From positions 21,328,001-21,392,000 of the forward strand of contig CM074511.1 of assembly GCA_037379345.1 (NCBI GenBank): DNA of 64,000 nucleotides, read 5' to 3'. Of this stretch, positions 12,561 to 24,900 are shown piece by piece. The translations under genes and the position numbers were made by a program. Numbering within the stretch: position 1 is the stretch's first letter; the number at the start of each line of letters is the position of its first letter. The DNA comes from Perna viridis (lineage: Eukaryota). Below the pieces are notes generated by a model, which saw only the letters and a program-made list of their open reading frames with translations, had not been told where the DNA came from and did not search any database.

Positions 12561-12899
12561 TTTTCGAAAATAAAAGAAGGTTAAAAAAGCCAGTTACTGT
12601 AACATTAATGAAGGAACTTTTATCTTATTAACGGTAGACAGTTACAAAGTAGGTAGTAATTTGAACTAATATACATAATTGTAAAGCATGTGTTATGTTA
12701 CAACATAACCAAGATTGCAGTGCTAAATGATTAAATAAATAAATAAATAAATAAAGGCTAACCCTCACATTATATTTTTTTATAACTCTACATAGTTTTT
12801 TTTTCTAAAATTACAATGTTTTCACTATTAAAAACTTTTCCAAATTTAATAATGTTACTACCATTTGTATAAAAATGAGCCAATAACCAAGAGAACGAC

Positions 12900-13080
12900 A
12901 TGTCAATATACATTTGAATAATGAACTCATCCCTGATATCAAAGGAATTTTCTAATCTCTCTCCTAATACCTTTTCATCTTCCCGATTCTTCCGATAGTC
13001 GGTGATTTCCAGTTCTAAATGTTCACATATTAATAGCTAAATTTAACGATAATATAGATATATATAAGGTTCAAATTTAA
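12900..13080 (-). mobile_element. highly degenerate Penelope-like RT fragment
   Basis: Minus strand HLELEITD and FDIRDEFII resemble the PLE motifs ELEIKD and YDKRDDFNF. Confidence 0.4.
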
Positions 13081-13293
13081 TTTTGATTTAATCAAGTCTA
13101 TAACATAAACCTTTGGTCACATTATTAATTTCAGACACAATTTTTAAGAAATTGGTCTTTCATTTTAAATTCAATACAAGGTATTAACCATTTCTCTGAA
13201 TAATCATTTGGGTTATGCCAAATGTTTGACATACGACATATTGATATATTTGTAGCAGTGAAATATACATATAAAATTCAGACACTGCCCATT

Positions 13294-13585
13294 TTAAAGT
13301 GATTCAAGAAAAACCCACCAAACAAACAATGCTTTTTTCAATCAACAAATGTTTTATTTTTACGTAACAGTTGTCCTTTCCATCTTCAGATCTGTATTTT
13401 TGAGAAAATCATACATTTATCTCGCACTAAAATCAAGAACGAGAAGTCTTGCAAAGTGCTAATTTCATGTACAGTATATGTACACCAAATGAAAAACTTC
13501 AACTGGTTATGTGGTCTGTAACTGAATTCTGAATAAAACATAAAAGTGAATTCAGTGGGTTTTTTTGACATGCACGAATCACCTT
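13294..13585. repeat. degenerate TIR element; homologous end fragment at 50826-50930 (inverted)
   Basis: The reverse complement of 13490-13585 (ggtgattcgtgcatgtcaaaaaaacccactgaattcac...cataaccagt) aligns to 50828-50930; left end ttaaagtgattc..aaaaacccac. Confidence 0.6.
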
Positions 13586-15759
13586 CAGTCTGATTTTTAT
13601 AAAGGCAGCTACTTAAATCAATTTAATTGTCTAGGCAAGAGGCTGACAGTTAGATTTCACTGCTACATATTGGCGACGTTTTCTCCATGAATAATCCTAA
13701 AGTTGGAGAGTCGTTCGTTTATTTATTCATCAGACTGACTAGAGAAAGACTACTGTCACAGCATTTAGGCCTTCACTTCGAATTGGACGACTGTAGGTCA
13801 TCTCAATTCTACATCGTATGACAAACGAGACGATTTGATTTTAGAACTATAAATTATAAATTTCTGTTTCGTGTGCAGATATATACATGTACCAGCTCCT
13901 TGCATATTGTGTTATTGTTTCTCATTTGTTAAAGTACACCAGAGAATCTGACTTGATTTATAATGCGTTATCATTGCAGAAGTAGTTTTTTTTTACATAG
14001 AAAGCGTCTCATACAACGGGGCATGCGCTACTTAAAAAGTTTTCATTTCTGATATCCAGATCTTATTGAGTAATATTCTGATTTTAGATGGTGGGTTCTC
14101 ATAGTGTCAACAAATTTATTTTCTGTTTCTTTTTGTTTGTATGTGTGTTTTTTTTTAGTTTCATTTTGAACTTAACGCGTCTTCTGCACAAAGTACTTAA
14201 TTTTTAGTTGGTGTCTTTTTTGTTAAACTATATTCTAAATGTATCTAGTTACTTAATTTTATTTATACTTATTTATTGTTCATATCTTCTTTACTGTTCT
14301 GACTACAGATTTTACCCATTTTGGCCAGTGGCAATTTTATGATGCCCGTTTGTATTGTAACATCTCGGAAATAGTCAACCGTAATGGAAAGTGATGTTAG
14401 TTTAGGCGCTATAGAACTTGGTATAACCCATCATTTCCATCGGAACTGCCTGTATCAAGTCATGACCATTGCGGTTGTTTCCAACTTTCCGTTTTTTTTT
14501 TCGTTGATATTATAATTCCTTTTGATTATTTCTATTGCCCAAATGTTATCAGTTCGGTATCTTTTTTTTTACATTGGCAATAATTGCTACATACTAATGT
14601 ATGTAAGAGCAATAAGTTTTGCTTTTGGATTGATGAAAAAAAAAAATCAAAGCAAAACATACAAACAAACAAAAACAATCACGAAACCAGGTACACTGTC
14701 TTGAGTTTGAAAACCGCATAAAAGTGGCACAAAGATGTACAATTTTAGAGCAGTATTTATTCCTTTATATGGTGAAAATGAACAATTTAGATATTTATAG
14801 AACAAATTTTGAAATATACGATTTTATGCAAAATTTTAGTCATCAAAATGAAAATTAAAGTGGCCATAGATACAAAGCTCCATTGGTGTACTTCTTTCCA
14901 TCACAATCTCCACCCCACTCACCCCCTCCCATCTGAAGGACTCCGGTTGGGGATCCCGAACCAATAGAAAATGAAGTAAGCGTTTTTTGTTCAGGTCAAA
15001 AGTGAAGGGAACCCGCTGAGGAAATTTTACATTAATGAACTTTTACTGCATCGATAGTTAGGTGTTATCCCTTTACTAAAGATAATTAGTGTCATAAGGG
15101 GGAGGGGCAGACCGGAAATTTTATGGAGGGCGTCTTGGTATGACTACACCCTCCTATAAGCTCATGGTTCTGAGTCTACCTTCGCGCTTTAAAATATCAA
15201 ACGAGCAAAATCAGACTCAAGACTTCACCTTCGGAGGTTTGCTTGCACTGATGGATCCAGGGGAGGATTCTGGCGGATGGAACCCGGTTTTTTTCGAAAG
15301 TTTTTGGCTAAAATAAACAAATTTGATCTACCAAGGAGTTAAATATAGAAATCCTTGGATCTACCAATACTTATGTTGACTCCCCTTTTAATAGTTTTCT
15401 GGATCGGACCTCCTCTTTAAACTTCTAATCCGTCACTGACATGTATATAACTCCTGCCAAAGATTTTTATATTCGTCTACTATAAAAAAAAATCCATACT
15501 CCTGTCAGTTAATATTCTTAAAACCCGAATCTAATCAACTTGGTTAATGCATTGGAAGAAATGACATTCCTGACAGAAAAAAAATCTTAAAAAGTGTGTC
15601 GCGCGACTTAAACTACAAGGACTTAAATATATTTAACTCATTGTTAAAATGCTATAAATTTCATCTTATTCTACTAAAAATCGTTTTACATGCCGGGTTT
15701 ACATGTCCTAGTAGCCTAAAATTATTTTGCTATAACGAATCCAAATTATAAGTCATTTA

Positions 15760-15885
15760 GAGTTATCGTTCGTATCGCTCAATGTTTTAGGGTACCGCGA
15801 CCGCTAGACGGAGCTTTACACGTTGAAATGCAGTGTAGTGTTTACGTACAGCACACATGTAGTCAAAAATCAAGCGACTTTAGAG
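15760..15885 (+). promoter_or_regulatory. CpG-enriched promoter/5'UTR region of the ZNF292/RLF-like gene
   Basis: CpG-dense stretch (ggtaccgcgaccgctagacggagc) directly upstream of ATG 15886, in contrast to the CpG-poor gene body. Confidence 0.5.
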
Positions 15886-15996
15886 ATGGATTTCTCGGCT
15901 TTGATTGCCGATCTGAGGACGATTGCAAGTCGGTACAACGGCAAAGACACCGACCGCAATGTATCAACTGCTATGTATTGCGAAATGTTTCGCAAG
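15886..15996 (+). CDS. ZNF292/RLF-like exon 1
   Basis: ATG in a CpG-rich region; MDFSALIADLRTIASRYNGKDTDRNVSTAMYCEMFRK |gtaggt. Confidence 0.85.
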
Positions 15997-18900
15997 GTAG
16001 GTATAATATTTCATTCAAATGAGGTGGGGGCCCCGAGACTGAGTTTGTTATTGGCCACCATTTATTGTGTATTGGCGAAGACATGATGATCATGTCAATC
16101 GGCACGTATGACAGCTATTGATACGTTATCAGCGATACTGTGCAAGCATGCCGTCACTGCACATTTCACAGACCAGAACCGTATTTTTTATTGCTGATCA
16201 AGAATATAATAAATGAAAAATTACTCTGATTGTGCATGTTCATTGCTGACCCAGAAAGTGCATAATATATTATCAAGGGGACCCCAAGTAAAAATATGGC
16301 TTGATTTGTGAACTATTATTGATTAGATCATGAATAAAGGTGATTGTTACATTTAGCATATTGTTCTTTGAAATAAAATTATACAGAATATTTAAGGTGA
16401 TCTGACTATGTGTCAAATTGAGGGGTCAACTTGCCCTTAAATTTTTATTGAACTTTGTTGTGTTATGTGGACAGTAAGGAATATTACTTATGATTTTGAA
16501 TAAGCGATAAAAAGGTGAATTCGGCAAGGCATATTCACAAACATATCTGTCACCATGAAATGTTAGTAGCTGATAACTTCAGGGTTATGAGGAGCTTAGG
16601 TATAATGAAAAAAAATCATGATAAGTTTTTAAGTATCTGATATTTAAAAGCAATATGATTTAAACTAAGAGGATTGTTTGTTTAAATTAAACTCCAAGCT
16701 GAATACACATGTACGTAGGTATCTGACAAGTTCAGCTAAGATCTATTTGGACCAAGATCTGGTTCCCTTAATCTGACACTGAACTTTGGGATCAAGCTCC
16801 ATGCAGCCACAGGATTTTGTTTCTTTTCTTACTAATTGCTGCAGACAGGCTTTTCGAAATTCTATGACATTATTCAAATCAAACATTGTTTGACAGCTGA
16901 AAAGTGTGCTGTGTGAAATCATTCACTTTTTTCCCGATTTAGCAAGATTCTTGCATTTTCTGAGAGGGCTTGCTTCAGAGTCTAGAGTGAATTTTGAGTG
17001 TCAGAACACAGGGACTCTTAAGAAGGATTTTATGAAAGATATACTTAAATGGGGCCTCAATGGTACATTTTTGTGTATGAGTAGGACCACTGAGGCTCCA
17101 ATATCAGTACATATTTCTTAAAACCACTTTCACGAATCCTTGTGGTCAGATGCTGTTTAGGAGCTTGCTTTGGGATTTATAAACTTCTAATTCCATGGGA
17201 CCATTTCAGGTGTTAAGGTGCCACAAAATGAAAAAAAATCTGGTCTTACATATTTCTTGGTACATGTACTTGTAAATACAAATTTTTTATATATTCAAAC
17301 CAAACATGAATTTTGTGGTCTTCAGCAGTTCTAAAAATATATTTAAGCAAAAGATGTGAAGGATGTACACAAGGATCCATAAAGGACTCCTGAAGGAACC
17401 GTATGCAAACTGCTAAAGGCTTCCTGTTGTATCTATACCTGACACTTATGTGTACATGTAGTCATGTTACATTTATATGTGTATAATGTTTACATAATTT
17501 TATTTTGAATAATTCTTTGTCCTTTAATTGCAAGTATTAGAGCTTACAAGTAATATACATGTGCATGTGTGTACACATGTTACTTTTAATTAAAAGGCTA
17601 GTGTAAGATTCTTTTCTTAGTAGCATGTAATTTAAAACTACATGTGTATTTGTACCTTACATGTATTTTACATTTTTATTGGGATTTAAGTGTAATTCTG
17701 TGTAAAAATCAGACAATAGGTGGCACATCATAATTCTCAATTTGGTCTTATTTGCCTCAGATATATTCAATACATTTTTTAAGCAATGAAAACTTATTTA
17801 AATTTATCTTAAAAAGACAAAATTTACTAGCACTTCTATGGTTATTTCTGGAGGGTATTAGCCATGAGGTGTAAATTCTTGGATATTGCAATAAAATCCC
17901 TGCATTGTTTTTCTTCATGTGCCACACTTTATACTCATTTTGCCTGATTCTTAGACAAAGAAGTATTTTAAAGGTTTTTGTCTATTGGTCTGTGTTTGTG
18001 ACATAACTTGGTATGCAGTTTCTTCCAAATATGTTACTCATCAAACTTGATGCAGTGTAACAGTTAGATCCATATATATATGTATCGAGTTGTCACTTAT
18101 TTAATCGAGCATCATCATAGTGAAATGAAAGATAACTTGAAAAAAATTAAAGTTCAGAAACAAAACTGTATGAAGACAAATAACAGGAAGCTCAACGCTT
18201 TCATGAGTCAGTTCAAATAAAGTTCATTGAAGCATTGATGAAACATTTCCGAAGTAGATTTCAAGAACATTATACAAGCATCATAAGTACATGATGTTCT
18301 TACACTGATAGGTGGCAGATGACATTTTGAATTATGGTGTTGAAAAAATGTGAGTATTGACACATTAAGCCCTAATGAGGGACAGCTTTTTATCAGGATT
18401 GACACCCTTAAAAAAATTGTTATTGATCAAACTTATTCTACTATTAATCTCCTTTGCCTCTCCACCATTGTCAAAAAGTTTCATTTTGAAACCCTATCAA
18501 ACATACAAATGTATGTAAACTAATAGAAATAATGTGTGTCAGTACTTTCAGTTTCCACCCGTTCTATATAAAATATAAAGCTCTCACTTCTCCTGTATTA
18601 CTTGCTGGTTTTCACAAAAATAGCACTGTTTGACCATGTATATGGAGATTTTCAAAGGTATATTTTTTTCCTGTATTGATGCCTCAGGAAAAAGTCTTAT
18701 TGCAGCAGATAGTCAGGTGTAAAGAGGGGGTAAAGAAGCTCTGCAAATACCTTCTTGTGCAATTACACTTCACTAAAAATCTTCAGAAGGATGTACATGT
18801 TTTCTTTTTAACAAATATACCTACCGTGGAAGAATCATTAGTGATGACAGCCGAGCAAAGAAGGACATACAAGGAAGTCCGGAAGTCAGAAACCTCAGTA

Positions 18901-21900
18901 TCAACACTGAGCTGAAGATTTTCAACAGTAATGTCAGGCCTTCTAAACAATTCTGAATGTTAGATGATAATACAGAGCACCTTGCAGAAAGTAGAAGGAT
19001 TCTGCAACAGCTGCCTTTGTACAATTCACGAAATCTTTTGGCCTAACTATATGTAGATTAGCAACATCAATCGTCTGCAAAATTTCCAGCTGCAATAGTA
19101 TTAGAACACAAATTTAACAGTGATGCTATGGATAGCAATGTCATGTGCTAAGAATGCCAAATGAGAGAACACCAAAGATAGCTTACCATTGGACACCGCC
19201 AGGAAAAAGGGAGCTTGGAAGACCTGGTACCAACTTGATGAGAACCAGATAATTAAGAGCATAGTTACACCTGGGGGCAGGCTGTGGACATGGCATTGGA
19301 CAGAGAGAAGTGTTGGAAGCTTGTTGGTGCAATATGTCCCAGCTTGGATGAAGAGAATATATAACGTGTACTTTGATAATTTTAGAAACTTCCTTATTTA
19401 TTGTATATTGGTGCACATCTTTCTATATTGACCTTGATATGTCACCTGATACAAGTAGCTTGTATGAAGGATGGAATATGGAAGGAACAACTGTAAGCCA
19501 ATTTTTTAAATTTGCTTGTGTCGTGTGTGTAGAGATCAAGAAAACTTGTCCGACATAAACTGATCATATTTTCTGGTACATACTCTAATTATACTGGACT
19601 TAATTATTACATAATTATTGGAATTGACTATCCTTCACTGATCCTTTACATTGTCCAGAGTTAGAAACAGTAGCCTGCCCACCAGCCCGATACTGGCTAT
19701 TTTTTGGCAGGACTGGCTAATTATAGCAAAAATTTATATAGCCATATAGTAAATATATTGGAAAAATTGTATTCAGGACTTGCTAGAATTAGAGTGAGTT
19801 TCCTACCCTGCATTGTCCAACACGCAGATATGCTTAACTGTCAGATATAACTAAATTTGATTAAAACTTGATTTTTATAAACCCCTCTCCAAACTTTGTT
19901 TTGGGGTTATATAGGAATCACTCTGTCTGTCCACATTCCTTGTTAAAACTTCATAAATGTAACTCTTCCTAAACCACACAATGAATTGTGATAAGATTTT
20001 ATTGGAAGTTTGGGCATCATATGTGGATGTGCATGAAGAAATATAAATACTGTCGGCAGACTCCAAAGGAATGTAATCCAAATTAAAGGTTTTACATGTT
20101 AAAACTCCTAATTGCTCAAATAATTTTGATGAATTTTATAGGAAGGTTGGGCACAATGAATGAATATACGGTAATTACTGTTTAAGGAATCCAAAGGGAG
20201 ATAATCCAAATTCAAGGTTTTACATGTTAAGTAGCACTCCAGCTAAGAATCATGCAAAATGTGATACATGGTTGGAAAGCCTACATATTTTTATTTTTGA
20301 TATCTTGCTTAAAATGCTTTAGTAAACAGAAATTAACATTTGGTTTTTCATATAACCTGTGCTCATAGGAGATAAAAATTGTATAGAATGCACTGTAGAA
20401 TTCAAAAGTAAGGGAGATAACTCTAAACAACACTCAAATACAATAGAATCTATTGGATTTTCAGTGTTGATTATCTCCTAAGAGCAGGCATATTTGAATG
20501 AATAATTACACTTTCATAATATAGACCCATAAAACAACTTAATTACAAAAATAAAAATATGTAGCCTTTTTTGGGGTGTATCACATTTTTCAGATTTTGC
20601 ATGATTCTTCCAAAGACAGCTACTTAATACGTTGTAAGTGCAACTCCTCCTTAACTGCTCAATGGATTTTAATGAAATTGTATTGGATAGTTTGGTATGA
20701 TATGTGAATCTGCATAAAAAAAATTATTACTGTTGAATGACTTAAAAGGAAGATACATGTAAATCCAAATCAAAGGTTTTGCATTTGAGTCCATTTGAAG
20801 TGGGGGTATTCCCTTAGTGAGGTTGCTCACTGTACATTGTATTTCTAGTTACATGTATACCTTGTCAGAGTGGTGAATTATTATTTGATACCCTCCGAAA
20901 AGTTGAGTATCCATCCAGCTGTTTGGGTGTCCCCTGGCAGTTTCTAGAAGATAACTAGGGAACAGTTTAATGAATTTTTTTTCTAAACTTTGTGCACTGG
21001 TTAAGTACCACAAATTACTTGTGAAAGTAGGTCAATTTAAACATTTTGCCACCCCCTTTTTTCACTTTAATGTGCTGAGGTATTGCTTAATGTTCTATTA
21101 ATGCTCTATTGTTTATTTATCTGTAATTGTGTGAACACAAAGTCTACTCTTCTATAATACATACAACGTTGATGTTCAGGGGATAAAATTAGTCTTCCCT
21201 AAAAGGACTAAGGAACTACCTTAGATACTTAAAGTGTACATGTACCAGAACTTCTCATCAGACATTTCAGACATAGATTTAAAAAAAAAATAATTTGGTA
21301 TGATAAAAAGTTTGAATTATCTCCTTTCTGAATTGTCTAGTTAACCACATGTGCATAAAAAATCCCCAGACAATTGTCTTTAATCAGTGGAAGACTCTCT
21401 CTCCCCTAAACATCATTGTATGCACTTGAAGAAAAATAAAAGTATGTGTAGCCTAAATAACGACTTCGTATAATTGTAAACCAAATTATTTTGGTAAAGA
21501 CTTATTTTTTCAATTAAGGATGTTAAACCAGTTTTCATTTCGCATCTATCACTCTTGCAAAGATTAATTTTATTACAAAGATACTTTTTCGAGGCAATTT
21601 ATTTTCATGGATTTTTAATCAGTAAAAATGTATAGCTTGCAAAAATAAGTTGGTTTATAGTATTTTTATATCTCAGAAATAGTGCCTACATGTAAGTGTC
21701 AATAAATAAGAAATGTAAATGTTGAGGGTTTGACACAAGTGTTATCATATGCTGTTGCCGATAGGCATGTAATGATAAAATATACCTTTTTTTTCTTTTG
21801 GTATGTACATGTATGGCAATATTTGGAGTTTCAAATCCTCTGTATTGCAATGCATTTTTAACACCAGCCCCTAAGTTCATGGGCATTAATCATATACACA

Positions 21901-24900
21901 TAGAACCCAACACAAAAAGATGTTCATAACAAATATCTGAAAATCAGTTATTCTGTTGAAGAAGTATCAAAATGAAAAATACAAATGAGTGGAAATCATA
22001 AACAGAACAATACCATGAACACCAATAAGATATTATAGAAGAAGCAAATTGTACAAGAAAAAGCATGAATCCCAATATAAACTTGAGTGCTCTGGAAGAA
22101 TCAGCAGTTCCTGCTCTTTGCAAGACACCTGTCATGCTTTTAATATCTAATCATAAATTTAGTTGCTCTGGTTTTCTTATATTTGAGGAAAACTGCGCAG
22201 TGCACAGTTCATAAGCTGTACTAAGTATTTTTACTTTAAACTCTTTATATGAAGGAGTATTCAAATGTTTGACAATTAAAAGGAATCAGCTTTGATATTT
22301 TTAAGTAAATTTTGTATATTGTAGATATTACAGAAGGCAGAGAATGGAGTCTCTGAGTACAGTGACCAGATTGTTATTCTATGGATGACCCTATCTCAGC
22401 TTTGTAACACATATCAGACCTTGACACCATGTCCTGCAAGAGACAGTCTCTACGAACACATATTCCTGTAGGTATAATTAAGGAATTATTGCATATTACA
22501 TACAGGTAAATAGCTTCTTCTAAGTTTTATAGCAGTTAGTACATTTTGTAGATCATTACATTGTATGTTAATTTGTGACATCAAAGTGATAAAAAATACC
22601 TCTATGTATGTAGAGGATTTTCATTTTTGACTACTCACAATTGAGAATTAAGAGACTTTCCTGTTAAACTTAATATGTTTTAATGATAAAATACATAAAA
22701 AATTGCTGAATTGGTTAGTCTGTGTTAAGAAAAGAAATAATACTAAGAAAAAAATCTGCTACATGTATGTACAAATTTTTATTGTTGAAAGGGAAGTAAT
22801 TTTATACATGTACAGTTTTGTACATGTGTTAATGTAAATGACACATCTTGTTAAGTGCACTACTCAAGTTGAAACAAGTATTTGCAATAACACCTGTTTC
22901 ATAAAAAAATAATTTTGAATTCAGTCCCACTATTAAATAGACATCTTATCAGATGTTGCAAAAAATTGTCCTTATGTGGTTGAATCCTTTGCCTTTAACT
23001 ATAAAGATATAAAAATTAATAGTACTTTGGAGTACTTCAATATACATTTATACATGTTGTACATGAATGAGTGATCTTTATCTGAATAAATGTACTTCTA
23101 CGGAATCTATAAAAATGTTAGCTTTGCAGCTTACCTACTTGTGTGCCCAACTTTGAATTTGGTACAATGTAGGTGTTATTTAGGCATAATAGGATGCTAT
23201 GTTTTAAGAAATGTTTTATATAAAGAAATTTCTTGGAAATAAAAAGGTACATTTTGACCACAATTAATTTTTTGGTGAGTTGATTGATATTACGGGAAAC
23301 CAATAATTTTTAAGGATGGCCTTTCTAATTACTATTTAGTCTGCAAGTCTTAATTCTAACTTAATTCACGGTTTTAGCTAGGATTTTGAGGGCTTTAGTC
23401 ACTTGGGCATAGAGCACGAACGACATATTATGGAGAGCAGAATTTTGAAAATAGTCAGTAGTATCATAAACTAAAGACATAAACACTCTTAATATATTCA
23501 TTATAAGTTTACAGTTACAGGCATAACAATAAATACAATAAATATTACAACAAAATAACTTATTTTCTATAAGAAACCATGGTTTAAAATAAAATAGTTA
23601 CTATTAGAAAAATAGTAAAATAGAATTTTTTTTACATCATGACAAAGCTTTGATGCATTCAGTCTAAAAATAGCTACTATTTGACATAAGCTACTATTAT
23701 GATCACTAATAACACTCAACTAATAAGAGAAAATACTCCTGTCCTTTGCCAAACACCACACCTCAAAAGCCCTCTTCAACCTAAAACTCCTCAAATCAGA
23801 AGGATAGAGACAGATCTTTAGAAGAGAATTGATTGATGAAACCTTGAGCCCGTTCCTAAGATAGGTCTTGATCAGATAGTAAGATTACACAGAAACCAGA
23901 CAGGCAGAAAGGAGGCCACATTGGTATAGTCAACTCTGTAAGCGGTTGCTGCATGATATCTTACTGCTGGGTGGTAATTTTTTAGTGACCTTTGTCCCCA
24001 GATCATGAGTAGAATTGAAGATGTTCGTAATCATTGTGATTTTGTTTCAAGAAGAAAAGAGAATGATAAAATAAATATTTATCGTTGATTAATACTTCCT
24101 AACTGTCCGCTGTTGCGTAAAAATTTATTGAAATCCATGAGATGACCAGTCACACATCAGAGACATTGTTTTTGTGGTGCATTTAAATTTCTAAAAATAG
24201 ATAGCTATATATATGTTGCGAGGTTCGTGAAGGTTTTTTTTATATGGGAGTAAAATCGGTCGATATCCATTAAAGATCAAAATCATTTAACACGACTAAT
24301 CCTTAAAATAAGGATATATATTAGTTATATTTTTAACGTACTGAAAAGCAGTCAACTCGAGGCTTTTTTTGGTGGTCGAAAACGACCGGCTGAAGTTGAG
24401 TGAGAACCCTGGGATAATCTTTTGTAGTCCTAATGATCAAACGATTGATAAATTGTTGTTATTTTAAAGGATTATTATCGATGCACATATCAGGGATGCC
24501 AGGTTAACAACAATAAAATGTATTTCACACATGGTTGACCAAGCTTGGGGTCATAAACTTGTCAGAGCATAAGACAATTGACAGTTTTTGACAACATTTT
24601 TATTTAAGGTGACGAAAATTTATCTGAAATACTTTTTGAACAGAATTTTTTTATACACTTTTCAAATTTTAAGTGACGAAAATGATCTTAAACATTTTGG
24701 TCATTTATGAAATCCTTTCGTAAATGGCGAAAATGACGAGTACTAGCTAAATCACTGCTTAATTTTTGTTATTGAACTTTTTTTACATCAATCTATAATA
24801 CAAATGAACTACAAACCAAAGAACTTTTATGTATTATATAATCATTATTCACCTTTGATACATTAAAATGCAGTGCTGTGTTCTGTTCTTTGGTGTAACT

